A stretch of 64,000 nucleotides of DNA from a virus. Positions 1-9,040 of this stretch are shown here, one piece after another. The position numbers and the translations under genes were made by a program. The notes beneath the pieces are model-generated. The model saw only the letters and a list, made by a program, of their open reading frames with translations. It was not told where the DNA came from and ran no database searches. The stretch spans positions 1 to 64,000 of the IMG/VR virus record IMGVR_UViG_3300033145_000692; one strand, written 5' to 3'. Position 1 is the stretch's first letter, and each line of letters opens with the position of its first letter.

Positions 1-389
1 GGCAGCCGTTCCTCGATCTTCGGTGACCTTAGGGCTCTCGCGTGGTTCACGTCGACCAAACCCTCACGCTGGGCGAAGACCAGGAAGCTCCGGAGAGCCG
101 CCAGCTTCCGCCCGATCGTGGCGGCGCAGTACTTCCGCTGATATAATGACTTCAGGAAGGCTCGCAGGTCTCCCATCGTGATCTGGTCCACGTCAACATT
201 ACCAAGGAAGTCAACAAGGTCTTGGAGGTCCTTCTGGTACGCCACGATGGTGTGCTTGGATGAGTTTCGCTCCACCCGTAGGTAATCACTGAAGTCATCA
301 CTGACTTTGGTGATACCTCTACAGGAGGGCTTGCTCTCCCCAAACAAGCTGAGCGTCGGTCGGGCTTCAAGTGCGAGTGCTGTGCTCAT
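1..389 (-). CDS. xerC: Tyrosine recombinase XerC/XerD family, N-terminal part (runs off the window edge; absent from ORF track)
   Basis: Manual translation from ATG 389: ...FSDYLRVERNSSKHTIVAYQKDL...DLRAFL...ATIGRKLAALRSFLVFAQREGLV...LRSPKIEERL, the typical XerC/D core-binding domain. Confidence 0.85.
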   Translation of the reverse strand, partial: MSTALALEARPTLSLFGESKPSCRGITKVSDDFSDYLRVERNSSKHTIVAYQKDLQDLVDFLGNVDVDQITMGDLRAFLKSLYQRKYCAATIGRKLAALRSFLVFAQREGLVDVNHARALRSPKIEERL

Positions 390-501
390 AGTCGACTTCT
401 TCATTCGGGCATCTTGTCAAAGAATCTTGTCAAACAGCTTTATCAGTAAGAGAAAGCTGCCACTATGGGAGCTAGGCAACCAAGAACTGTTGTGATGGTC
501 A

Positions 502-777
502 TCATTTTGTCATCTTCTTCCGCTTAGCTGTTTTTCGCTTGGCTGTCTTCCGCTTGGCTGTCTTTACTGGCTTCGTCTCGGGTTCCTTGGCGACAGTCTT
601 CTTTCTTTTCGTCTTGACATCACAGGTCCAGTAGTTGGGTAAGTGTCCCCACCTCTCGGTCCTCTCCAAACCTTCCCGATCTTCCTCAGCTTCAGGCTTC
701 GTCTCATACGGACCACAGTCTTCCGACTCTGGCACCTCAGTGACCCACCATTCACTACCTCGTTTGACTGACTTCAC
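502..777 (-). CDS. Hypothetical protein with Lys/Arg-rich C-terminal KTAKR repeats
   Basis: ORF overlapping the upstream gene by 4 nt; 15-bp tandem repeat at 521-565. Confidence 0.7.
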   Translation of the reverse strand: MKSVKRGSEWWVTEVPESEDCGPYETKPEAEEDREGLERTERWGHLPNYWTCDVKTKRKKTVAKEPETKPVKTAKRKTAKRKTAKRKKMTK

Positions 778-1241
778 GACTGTAACCTTTTTGTGTGCAT
801 CGACTCCGTGAGATTGTTTGCTACCCAGAGATTGGTGTACCCTTTGTCATGTAGGAAGCTTAGGATTTTCATAGCATCTTTATCGCAAACTTTCCTACTG
901 AAGGCGACACTCCTACCGGGGTAGGCGGCACAAGCTTCCTTATCGTTGAGACACCAGCAAGTGCAGAGTGCGAATTCATCCCCACCACGTTCCTCCGGCA
1001 GCAGGGCAAAGAGCCCATCCTCATCTTCTCGGAGTAATACCGGCTGCCTAACGTCCAGCCCAGAGGCTTCTTGAAGCCTACCAAGGACATGAGACAGCCG
1101 ATCAACTGCCATCCCCTGTCGTGACTCTTTTTCGCTTACAACTCTTCTTGCAAAGTCTCTCATCCTCATCGGATTCATTGTATCTCGCTTCCAGGCAATG
1201 CCAGTGATAGACTACAGCGATGGGTAGCTCGCTTGTTTCAT
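774..1241 (-). pseudogene. Hypothetical gene with probable leaderless ATG (1241) and in-frame TAG at codon 10 (1212-1214); the downstream part 774-1178 is open
   Basis: MKQASYPSL*SITGIAWKRDT-MNPMR is in frame; the ATG sits at the same position after the -10 box as in the leaderless MTase gene. Confidence 0.55.
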
Positions 1242-1247
1242 ACTACA

Positions 1248-1275
1248 AGTCTACCACACTCTGAGTGGAAGTCAA
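1248..1275 (-). promoter_or_regulatory. Sigma70-type promoter with extended -10
   Basis: TTGACT-N16(ending TGG)-TAGACT followed by TGTAGT-ATG. Confidence 0.7.
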
Positions 1276-1337
1276 GCACAAATTAGCCAAATGTCGAAAT
1301 AACCCAGCAGATGGCTCTGACGTTTTGAAGTATTCGA

Positions 1338-1676
1338 TCAAAGCATTTCCTCCGGTGGCGACCAGGCGAGAAGACTTGGGTAGACGTAGGACTCAAAGAG
1401 TTGGACCTTCTGCGTTTCGTTGGGGGTAACCTCGGGTGGGGCTTCGCCGGTGCCTTCACCACCATGTTCAATCAGTACGGCATGTGACAAGTCGCTGTCT
1501 ACTTGGTACAAGTGGTATTTATCCTTAACGCTCTCGAAGAATTCTCTTGCAGTTTTCTCGTCTGCCCAGGTATAGATGTGTCCGGTGCTATTCTGAACGA
1601 ACACAAAACTTCCACCAGAGACCATTCCAAAAGCAAACATACTCAACCTCCTAATTCTTCCAAGATGTCTTTCCAA
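1338..1676 (-). CDS. Hypothetical protein
   Basis: ORF in the co-oriented run; start uncertain. Confidence 0.6.
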   Translation of the reverse strand: MERHLGRIRRLSMFAFGMVSGGSFVFVQNSTGHIYTWADEKTAREFFESVKDKYHLYQVDSDLSHAVLIEHGGEGTGEAPPEVTPNETQKVQLFESYVYPSLLAWSPPEEML

Positions 1677-2080
1677 TCGGTACGAATGTCATCTATTACG
1701 TGTGGCTTGTCACGGTATATGCCCATCTCAATCATGAGTGCTTCAACCTCTTTCTGATAAGGTCCATCCCATATTGGCTGTGGGTCTGGATCGACATCAT
1801 CTCCATGAATGAGAGTGGTAGCCCCTGGGAAGATGGTCTTGTACTGTGCAATCGCGGCTGCCTTCAACCTGTCCTCGGAGAAGAACTTGCCGATCTTCTC
1901 CCCGGCTTTGTACTTTGCTTTAGCTGGTAATACCGTCCGTCGATTGAACCGATCGGCTTCCGACTGGGTGATTTTATCTTCCAATTCGACCCGCTTGCTA
2001 CCACAGGTTATCCACCCATAATAGTGCTCCCATCCTGTCCCCCTGTCCCAGTAGTACACTTCACAGTAGACTATCAACAT
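1643..2080 (-). CDS. Hypothetical protein
   Basis: 145-aa ORF overlapping the end of the upstream gene. Confidence 0.7.
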   Translation of the reverse strand: MLIVYCEVYYWDRGTGWEHYYGWITCGSKRVELEDKITQSEADRFNRRTVLPAKAKYKAGEKIGKFFSEDRLKAAAIAQYKTIFPGATTLIHGDDVDPDPQPIWDGPYQKEVEALMIEMGIYRDKPHVIDDIRTDWKDILEELGG

Positions 2081-3498
2081 GCCACCTCAACGAAGCAATC
2101 AATTATGAATTGCTGGAAATCCCGGCTGTTATCCGTTGCCCCGGTGATATAGTGGACGACTTCTTCCAGAGCTATCTTGAGCCCGAACTTACCCTCGGTG
2201 ACATCTTCCCTGATGTAGACGGTACCGTCCTCGTAGTATCCCATCGTCTCTGCCTCAGCGGACATCATGTCCCGGTAGCAGGATACGGGCGGCTTGTCCT
2301 TCCCCTGGGTCATCTCAATGTCTTCCAACCAGCCCCACACCCTGTCTACCGCCTTGACGGCTGCATCAGACGCCTGGGTAACCTTTCGACCTTTCATCTC
2401 ACCATCGGTCAGAACAGCCTCTGAAGTTTTCACGCCAAACCTCTGTGATAGGCCAAACCAATTGTCCGACTTGATTTCCTTGACGGCGAACCCTTTACGG
2501 GACACGAACTGATTCGTGTTGGATTGGTCTTCATTGCAAAGGATTGCCCCACCGGAGGCTAGGTCCCAGGCATCCTTCCAGGTCTGCTTCTCAGCCTCGT
2601 TTGGTGTGTCAAAGGAAGACAGGACGTAGTAGGAGTCGATGTTACCCTCGAACGTGTCAACACCTTCGATGAGTTGTCTGTAGATGGTCGCCAGTTGACG
2701 GACATTGGCTTTCCGAATCAACTTAGAGCACGCCGCACGTGTGCTGTACTCACTACTGTTCCGGCACTCGTCGATTGACAACTCATCAGGGGTGAAGTTG
2801 TAGTCAAACAGGCTAGGCGCGATACTATCGCTGATCTCACGAACCAGGACGCCGTTGCGGTAGATCATCGGAGTCTTCCGCTCAGTCAGGTTCCGATCCG
2901 CTTTGGGGAGAATTGAACTGTAAACCCGCTGTGGGTCCCTTGAGAAGTGTAGAAATCTCTTGGGAAGTTCACCATAGAACGTTTGCACCTCTTGGGTGAA
3001 CTCGATGAAGATTCGAGTGAAGTCGACTCTGGCTCGCACCCCAGCCTTATCGACTGGAATGACACATAGGTCACCACTCTCCATGGAATCGAGGAACTCA
3101 CCTCTTTCACGGATGGTACGATCCAAAGCGTTGGAGATAAACTCCCTGATCGCCATGGATGTTACATTCCAGTCAATCGACCCGAAGTCCAGACACCAAC
3201 CGCAGTCGATTGTTTTGGTCGAGGTACCACCGAACTTACACATCACATGCTTGATTGACTTCTCGACCAGACCATCACTGACGGTACGGGTTTCGGTGTA
3301 GAAGTGTAGGCGGGTTTTTCCGCAGTAGATGAAGAATTCCAAACCTGCACGTAGCAACACGTTGATGGCGTGCTTGGAACCCGAACCGAATTGACCAATA
3401 GTCCCTTTAACCCCACTGTCGCGGGTGGTGGACATCCCCAAAATGGTGTAGCCCTCTATAGGTGCTTCGCCGGGGTTCTGGATCATCAAGTACTGCAT
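2074..3498 (-). CDS. GHKL-type ATPase (MPN635-like) with C-terminal zincin-like domain
   Basis: IGQFGSGSKHA glycine loop, AIREFISNALD (ExxxNxxD), C-terminal ALEEVVH...GATDNSRDFQ; AAGGAG RBS before ATG 3498. Confidence 0.7.
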   Translation of the reverse strand: MQYLMIQNPGEAPIEGYTILGMSTTRDSGVKGTIGQFGSGSKHAINVLLRAGLEFFIYCGKTRLHFYTETRTVSDGLVEKSIKHVMCKFGGTSTKTIDCGWCLDFGSIDWNVTSMAIREFISNALDRTIRERGEFLDSMESGDLCVIPVDKAGVRARVDFTRIFIEFTQEVQTFYGELPKRFLHFSRDPQRVYSSILPKADRNLTERKTPMIYRNGVLVREISDSIAPSLFDYNFTPDELSIDECRNSSEYSTRAACSKLIRKANVRQLATIYRQLIEGVDTFEGNIDSYYVLSSFDTPNEAEKQTWKDAWDLASGGAILCNEDQSNTNQFVSRKGFAVKEIKSDNWFGLSQRFGVKTSEAVLTDGEMKGRKVTQASDAAVKAVDRVWGWLEDIEMTQGKDKPPVSCYRDMMSAEAETMGYYEDGTVYIREDVTEGKFGLKIALEEVVHYITGATDNSRDFQQFIIDCFVEVAC

Positions 3499-3531
3499 GT
3501 TGTGCTCCTTATTGTGTTGACTGTTACTACA

Positions 3532-3560
3532 ATCATACCACACAATTGGTGATTTGTCAA
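3532..3560 (-). promoter_or_regulatory. Sigma70-type promoter with extended -10
   Basis: TTGACA-N17(ending TGG)-TATGAT. Confidence 0.75.
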
Positions 3561-3575
3561 ATGAAATCTTCAGAT

Positions 3576-4037
3576 TTAGTTGGCGAGGTCTTCCCAGGGA
3601 GTACCACAGGTTGCGCCAGGTACCGAGTATGCGACGGCACATGTCCGACCAGGGTACCACAGAGCTTGTACCGGGTTGATGGTCACCTCCAGATTCCACC
3701 TCTCACTGAAGGAAACGATATGTCTGATGTCGGTGTAACTCAGTCCATAAGGCTGAGACAGGTAGACGATCGGAAGGCATTTTTCACAGAATACCAATCG
3801 CCCATGGTCATCGGCTGGCGGTCTGTGGGGCATCATTGCAGGCTGTTTTGACTTCGACAGCAGGTCTCGGAGGTTGCCATGGTTCGTAATGTACAGACCC
3901 AGTACACGGCAGGCTTCCTCCCGAAGATTGCATACAACCTCCCCGGCGACTCTGACTGCCCTTGCTGCCCCCAACTCCAAGAGGTCTTGCGCAAGCTGCT
4001 TTTCTTTCTGTGTGGCGTTGCCGAGGATATTTGCCAT
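3576..4037 (-). CDS. Hypothetical protein (DDHGR...YLSQPYG...WYP family), intact paralog of 4313-4792
   Basis: ORF with RBS; clear similarity to the neighbouring paralog. Confidence 0.75.
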   Translation of the reverse strand: MANILGNATQKEKQLAQDLLELGAARAVRVAGEVVCNLREEACRVLGLYITNHGNLRDLLSKSKQPAMMPHRPPADDHGRLVFCEKCLPIVYLSQPYGLSYTDIRHIVSFSERWNLEVTINPVQALWYPGRTCAVAYSVPGATCGTPWEDLAN

Positions 4038-4045
4038 GACGTTCC

Positions 4046-4234
4046 TTATACAAAGATGTATTTTAGAACAAGATACCCACCACCAACGAAGAAGATCAAT
4101 CCAAACACGATGTGTGCGAGCATATTGATCTCGATATATTGATATGAGTCACCAACGGTATAGCACAATGTACCTATGACTGCACAGTATACGAATATAA
4201 ACGCTAGTACGAATTTGACGATGTTGTTCATCAT
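4046..4234 (-). CDS. Small two-TM membrane protein
   Basis: 62 aa with two hydrophobic stretches; lower GC. Confidence 0.65.
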   Translation of the reverse strand: MMNNIVKFVLAFIFVYCAVIGTLCYTVGDSYQYIEINMLAHIVFGLIFFVGGGYLVLKYIFV

Positions 4235-4815
4235 GCTGCCTTTTGTAAGATGTCTACACGATCATGTCCAATGGGCACCAACCCAATTGGTCTATTAGGT
4301 TTGTCCCGTTACTCAATAAGGTACATACCCCCAGGGTGTATCCTTAGTTATCATACCCTTGGCGTAGTAAGTAATGCCACATGTTTTCGATGGGTACCAC
4401 AGAGAATGGGCCGGGTTGGAACCCACATCGAGACCCCACCGGTCACAGAAGTCTGCGATCTCCCTGAAGTCTCCACTAGCTAAACCGTATGGTTGTGACA
4501 GGTAACATATCGGCTTCCCTTTGAACCGAACCATCCTCCCATGGTCATCCCTAGGTGGGTGGTCAGGGATATCTCGACGTTCTAAAGATTTCACCGGGAA
4601 CAAATAGCCCAACGGATCAACAGTAAGGGTGATGCCACCATCGAAGTAGAACCCCTCTCGAAGCTTTCGTCATACAGCACTAGCGATAGATGCCGCGCTT
4701 CCCTTGTCAATTTTCAGAAGATGGTTGGCTAAGGCTTGTTCTTCTTTGGTGGCATTTGGAATAAAATTCGGGACCAGATATTTATTCATCATGCTGCCTT
4801 TTGTAAGATGTCTAC
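4227..4815. repeat. 31-bp direct repeat (4227-4257 and 4785-4815)
   Basis: ttcatcatgctgccttttgtaagatgtctac is identical at both sites; it encodes ...VDILQKAA* plus the ATGA start of the next gene. Confidence 0.9.
4313..4792 (-). pseudogene. Paralog of 3576-4037 interrupted by in-frame TGA (4670-4672)
   Basis: NATKEEQALANHLL...SAV*RKLRE aligns with NATQKEKQLAQDLL...GEVVCNLRE on both sides of the stop. Confidence 0.8.
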
Positions 4816-5022
4816 TCGGTTGTTACTTCGGAGACCCACTAGGGGGTCAATACGGTTTATCCAATGCCGGACTAAGATTGTTCGCCCATAGTACTTCCGG
4901 AAGCCATAACAACGGCTTCCCTGTACAACATCAACGTAGTCCACCCAATAGACGCCAGGGTCCATCTCTGGCAGAGTCTGTTACCCAATGACTTCAATCT
5001 TGTCTCCCTCACTTAGTCTCAT
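4789..5022 (-). pseudogene. 77-codon hypothetical gene interrupted by in-frame TAA (4981-4983)
   Basis: MRLSEGDKIEVIG*QTLPEMDPGVYWV...DILQKAA; the start abuts the upstream stop and the end overlaps the next ATG (ATGA). Confidence 0.7.
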
Positions 5023-5211
5023 TCAATGTCCTCTCACTGTAGCTATGGCAATTCCATCATCGACACGCATCGACCATAGTTGCCATTTTCGTTTCAGTAT
5101 GTCCGCAAGCTCGTTAATGGTGATCGGTGGGTCAAACTTTTCAACCGGTAAAGCCGGTCTGCCATTGGTCCACATCTCCCGCGTGAACTATATGATGGCT
5201 TCACTCACCAT
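5023..5211 (-). pseudogene. Paralog of 5201-5422 interrupted by in-frame TAG (5188-5190)
   Basis: MVSEAII*FTRE...KFDPPITINELADIL vs MIEHVKLQL...KIMPPITEAQLRAAL. Confidence 0.65.
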
Positions 5212-5422
5212 CGGCTTCGACCTCATTTGGCTCAGGGTATGTCACGAGGACCTCGGCGTCGTTATCAACAACTACGAGAGACATGATAACGAACTCCTGC
5301 TCCAAAGCGGCACGTAACTGAGCTTCGGTTATTGGGGGCATGATCTTCCGTTCAGCGGTGTGGAGGAACACTTCGACCTTGGGATCATCATCGTGAAGTT
5401 GTAGCTTGACATGTTCGATCAT
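5201..5422 (-). CDS. Hypothetical protein
   Basis: AAGGAG RBS before ATG 5422. Confidence 0.65.
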   Translation of the reverse strand: MIEHVKLQLHDDDPKVEVFLHTAERKIMPPITEAQLRAALEQEFVIMSLVVVDNDAEVLVTYPEPNEVEADGE

Positions 5423-5433
5423 CTTGTAGCTCC

Positions 5434-5676
5434 TTAGGTATACTGGTACGGAAAAATTTTCTTGTAGTATTCCCTGCCCGGGTGTGGTGGTACTGGCGTT
5501 TGCAGCCATTCCATTATGTCAAATGCCCCTGACCTTACCAACTCTTCAAAGCAGTCATCACAGATGTGCCCATAGTGGACGTTGTAACGATCACCTCGTA
5601 TGCTGTCACACCCAACTTTAACACATGGCATCCCACCCATCGTCTCCCCCTTGTCTTGTGCTGCCCCAGATTTCAA
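5434..5676 (-). CDS. Small Cys-rich (zinc-binding) hypothetical protein
   Basis: CxxxxC...CDDC. Confidence 0.6.
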   Translation of the reverse strand: MKSGAAQDKGETMGGMPCVKVGCDSIRGDRYNVHYGHICDDCFEELVRSGAFDIMEWLQTPVPPHPGREYYKKIFPYQYT

Positions 5677-6065
5677 TCACCTCGGGCGTGTTGTAGTAGG
5701 CGGTCAGCAACGTCTCTTAGGCTGAGAAGCTTCTCCCACTTCATGTAGTGGGTGGTGCCACCGACGAAATCCTTTCGACCATTGCATCTCTTGAACATGA
5801 AGCCGATGTCTCTGGAGAAGCTGGATATTTCAAACTTGACACAGAACGTTTGGGTGTGCATCACTGTCACCCCGGGTCCTACCTCCTCGCCTTTGTTGGT
5901 CCACATGTCATACTCTGAACGATCCAAGCCAATGTGCTCGGCAAGTACCCGTATGACTCGGCGAGCTAACCTATGCCATCTGTCCTTGGCAGTCTCATCG
6001 TTGTTAAGTTCACCACATTTCGCAGTGAAGATGAATTCCTTCAGACTTCTGTTTGCAATGGGCAT
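5673..6065 (-). CDS. Hypothetical protein
   Basis: ORF in coupled run. Confidence 0.7.
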   Translation of the reverse strand: MPIANRSLKEFIFTAKCGELNNDETAKDRWHRLARRVIRVLAEHIGLDRSEYDMWTNKGEEVGPGVTVMHTQTFCVKFEISSFSRDIGFMFKRCNGRKDFVGGTTHYMKWEKLLSLRDVADRLLQHARGD

Positions 6066-6547
6066 ACAGTCTCCAGTTTGTTGACCAGTTTGTTGGTGGC
6101 TTTTTCAATGTCCCGGTGACGCTCGGCTGCTTTGGTCCAGGCGTCCTCGTCATCGACATTGAAGTAGTGGAGCATCCACCCGTGTTTCTGGGAGAATTGT
6201 ACTCCGGTGTCCTCACGGTGTCGACATGACTTCTTCGTCCACCTGTGTCTGGATATACCTCCAGTACATGTTGAAGTCTGGTGGACACGTTTGGTCAATA
6301 TGATCTGCTTGGGGACGTACGCCTCGGGATACTTCACACCCCTCTCATCTACTTGATCACCCCTATGGGAGAGAAAGATCAGTACCTTGTAGGGACCATC
6401 TTTCTCATCGGAACCCTGAAGCCCACTGGGTCCAAACCTTTTGAACGCTTCGGTGTAATCGTCCTCCATCCCAATAGGGACTTCACCAGCGTACTTGAAT
6501 ATCCTGTGACCGTAGACTGGTATGCTGACGTAGTAGTGATTCTTCAT
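6041..6547 (-). CDS. Hypothetical protein
   Basis: ORF in coupled run (ATGA overlap). Confidence 0.7.
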   Translation of the reverse strand: MKNHYYVSIPVYGHRIFKYAGEVPIGMEDDYTEAFKRFGPSGLQGSDEKDGPYKVLIFLSHRGDQVDERGVKYPEAYVPKQIILTKRVHQTSTCTGGISRHRWTKKSCRHREDTGVQFSQKHGWMLHYFNVDDEDAWTKAAERHRDIEKATNKLVNKLETVCPLQTEV

Positions 6548-6849
6548 ACATGCACTGCTTTCAGCATCGGGTCAAGTTTTATCGTGCTCCCGTTTGGATA
6601 CCGGAAGTAGTTGTACATCTCGGGACGCGAGCCTCCGTTGACATCTTTCTTTACGAACCGATCTGAATGCCAACGCCACTCACGTTTCTGGACACCATTG
6701 AACAGTCTAGTGTCAAGACCGAAGCAGCCACCCCCACTGGAGTTTATCCCCTGGGCTTCAGCTTCTTCCCAAAGCACCAGCGCCCTCAAGTCAAAGTCCA
6801 TCATCGCAATTTTTCCTTGGATGGACTCTTGTATGGTTGCAGTTGACAT
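6544..6849 (-). CDS. Hypothetical protein
   Basis: ORF with RBS. Confidence 0.7.
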   Translation of the reverse strand: MSTATIQESIQGKIAMMDFDLRALVLWEEAEAQGINSSGGGCFGLDTRLFNGVQKREWRWHSDRFVKKDVNGGSRPEMYNYFRYPNGSTIKLDPMLKAVHV

Positions 6850-6858
6850 GGTCTTTCC

Positions 6859-7497
6859 TCAGTGGTTAATGGTCACGACGCCACGTCGCGCACAATGTTC
6901 GCATCGGCAAGGTGCTTCGGTTCGTTCGCCAGTTGGGGAACCATCGGCAGTTCCGTGCCACCGGTAGGTGTCCTCAGCGCCCATCAAACAGTACTTACCC
7001 TGCCACACTCCGGCAATCATTTCCCCTTCATCTTGATTTGCCCTTTCGGTACGATTGACGTAGCGTCTGAAACTTTCACGAACATCGGAGTCACTGAGTC
7101 CGACATCCCAAGTCCAATGGGAGAACCACGTGCAAGACCATACTTCCCACCTGAGAAACGTGGCTGTTACCCGGAGGTCTCCGATATTCTTCCCGGCGTA
7201 CTTCTCGCTGGCGAGTTGCTTAGCCCACCATACCCCATTGACTTCGTTGACGATGGCACCTGGGCGGCGAGGCTCTTTTGCCATCTCGAACCACTCGGTA
7301 CCATTCCACTTCCGCCCCTCTGGTAGGTCTTTTGTCCAGCCGAGACCAAGACCCATCTCTTGATCTTCTACTGTCATGTCTTGAGACCATCGTGATCTCA
7401 CCTTGATAATTGGGTAAGCAATCTCACCTTTGAGTAGGTCCATCCACAACATGATACCTGGTTCACCATAGGTCGCTTCGAGTTCAGTTTGGTTCAT
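6859..7497 (-). CDS. Trp-rich hypothetical protein with C-terminal CxCxxC
   Basis: 212-aa ORF ending PCRCEHC. Confidence 0.7.
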   Translation of the reverse strand: MNQTELEATYGEPGIMLWMDLLKGEIAYPIIKVRSRWSQDMTVEDQEMGLGLGWTKDLPEGRKWNGTEWFEMAKEPRRPGAIVNEVNGVWWAKQLASEKYAGKNIGDLRVTATFLRWEVWSCTWFSHWTWDVGLSDSDVRESFRRYVNRTERANQDEGEMIAGVWQGKYCLMGAEDTYRWHGTADGSPTGERTEAPCRCEHCARRGVVTINH

Positions 7498-7536
7498 GTT
7501 GTACTTCTTGATAGGCTGCGCACTTGTTGTTATGAT

Positions 7537-7833
7537 CTACACAAACGTCTCGTTGTCATTAGGTCCTTCGCTCGCCCTAGTATGGAGGTCATCCGACCCA
7601 TTTGGATCATCACACCCACAACTGTCGCATCCACACACTTCACAGTATGTCGACTGGTAATTGGCGTTGGCGTCTTCCGTCAACTGTCCACATTCGTCGG
7701 TGTTGTCGCAGTCAGCCTCTTCAATGGCCTCGATCAGTTGACGGGCATAGTATTGACGATTGTTCACGTTGGTGAGAGGTCGCATAAGCTCCCATATCTC
7801 ATTTGCTACTGTAACTCCTGAAGACCAACTCAT
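7537..7833 (-). CDS. Acidic Cys-rich hypothetical protein, distant paralog of 7833-8105
   Basis: EIWELMRP...ARQLIEAIEEADC vs KLWSEIYP...AQRIVDNFVEAGC. Confidence 0.65.
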   Translation of the reverse strand: MSWSSGVTVANEIWELMRPLTNVNNRQYYARQLIEAIEEADCDNTDECGQLTEDANANYQSTYCEVCGCDSCGCDDPNGSDDLHTRASEGPNDNETFV

Positions 7834-8105
7834 TACAGTCCCCCCGTTTCAGTAGGTTCAACGGACTCATCGAACTCGTCATAGATGGCGAATTCAACTT
7901 CGTTGATGTCCAAGACGCTCATCCTTGCAGAGTCAAACAACTTGACACACTCATGGATGTCTGGGCAACCGGCTTCGACGAAGTTGTCAACTATCCGCTG
8001 TGCCACTTCCGACCGACTCGCCATCGGGATGATGGGGTATATTTCGGACCAAAGCTTCCCTGCCAATATACTTAGTTCAGACCGCATCACAGACTCCTTT
8101 GTCAA
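7833..8105 (-). CDS. Hypothetical protein
   Basis: TAATG coupling to the next gene. Confidence 0.65.
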   Translation of the reverse strand: MTKESVMRSELSILAGKLWSEIYPIIPMASRSEVAQRIVDNFVEAGCPDIHECVKLFDSARMSVLDINEVEFAIYDEFDESVEPTETGGL

Positions 8106-8718
8106 ACATTGTTAAGGCTGATGCTAACTTTCGCCGTGCTATTTTACACCGGTGTGACAGTGTTGAAATCTGTATGCCGGTTTCGTCGGAGACTTCTCTG
8201 AGAGTGTTGCTACTCAGGTAGACCTTCTCAACCGCCTCGCGATGTTTGGTCGAGAGTTTTGTGACAGCCCTCCGTATAAGACTGCACTTTTCCCTTAGAA
8301 TCGAATCATCTACAGGTGCAGGTGGTTTCACACCTGTTAGCAGATTGACAGATGGCTCGCCTACCTCTTTTGGTATCTCATGGATCGGGTGGTGTTTCTT
8401 GACCTGCCCGCCTCTCTTTATACATCCCTTGGAGATGCAAATGCTGTTGGTAACATTGGTGGCGATACGGTACAACCATGTGGAGAACTGACCCTTATTG
8501 ATGTCGAAGCTGTTTTTTGGTCGTTCCAAGATTCTGAGCCACGTAGCCTGGGTAACGTCGTCAATACCGATGATTGCAGCACGTCGATTCAACAACAAGA
8601 ACCCCCTGAGAGAAGTATTGTACCTTTGGTGGAGTACCCCTAGTGATCTACTACCGATGCTGCCGCCTTCGCCCACATGCCCCATCAATTCTTCGTCTGT
8701 GAGTTGTTCGATATCCAT
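8077..8718 (-). CDS. ECF-type RNA polymerase sigma factor
   Basis: LTDEELM, DDVTQATWL, FSTWLYRIATN (region 2), LSTKHREAV...TLREVSDETG..ISTL (region 4); AGGAG RBS. Confidence 0.85.
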   Translation of the reverse strand: MDIEQLTDEELMGHVGEGGSIGSRSLGVLHQRYNTSLRGFLLLNRRAAIIGIDDVTQATWLRILERPKNSFDINKGQFSTWLYRIATNVTNSICISKGCIKRGGQVKKHHPIHEIPKEVGEPSVNLLTGVKPPAPVDDSILREKCSLIRRAVTKLSTKHREAVEKVYLSSNTLREVSDETGIQISTLSHRCKIARRKLASALTMFDKGVCDAV

Positions 8719-8751
8719 TGAAGCTCCTGGTACTTTCAGGTTGATATCACA

Positions 8752-8780
8752 AGTATAGCATAAAAAATGGAGGTTGTCAA
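8752..8780 (-). promoter_or_regulatory. Sigma70-type promoter for the ECF sigma operon
   Basis: TTGACA-N17(ending TGC)-TATACT. Confidence 0.8.
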
Positions 8781-8792
8781 GTAGAAATACAT

Positions 8793-8826
8793 AAAAAAGC
8801 CCTAGGACCAAAGTCCTAGGGCAAAA
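8793..8826 (-). terminator. Rho-independent terminator
   Basis: GCCCTAGGAC/GTCCTAGGGC 10-bp stem followed by T6 on the - strand. Confidence 0.85.
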
Positions 8827-8830
8827 GTGT

Positions 8831-9040
8831 TCAGATGGGTAATAGGCTGGCTTCAAAAGCAGCATCCTCTTCTACCCCACGGTTGTCATCGGGTGCATCG
8901 TGCATACGCCCGTCAATGTCGAGGTCGAGCAGTCTGATGTGGTCACCAGGGTCACCAGGGCGTCCCATTTCTGCCACAACGGCTATGATGACTTTGAGAG
9001 CCTCAAATTCCACTTCGATGCCAGTGTTGAGATCGTTCAT
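8831..9040 (-). CDS. Hypothetical protein
   Basis: ATGA overlap with the upstream gene at 9040. Confidence 0.55.
   Translation of the reverse strand: MNDLNTGIEVEFEALKVIIAVVAEMGRPGDPGDHIRLLDLDIDGRMHDAPDDNRGVEEDAAFEASLLPI

Noticed and set aside
6859-7833. Two ORFs in the same frame separated by TAG (possible further interrupted gene)
   Set aside because: The upstream ORF matches its intact paralog in length, and in-frame adjacency can occur by chance.
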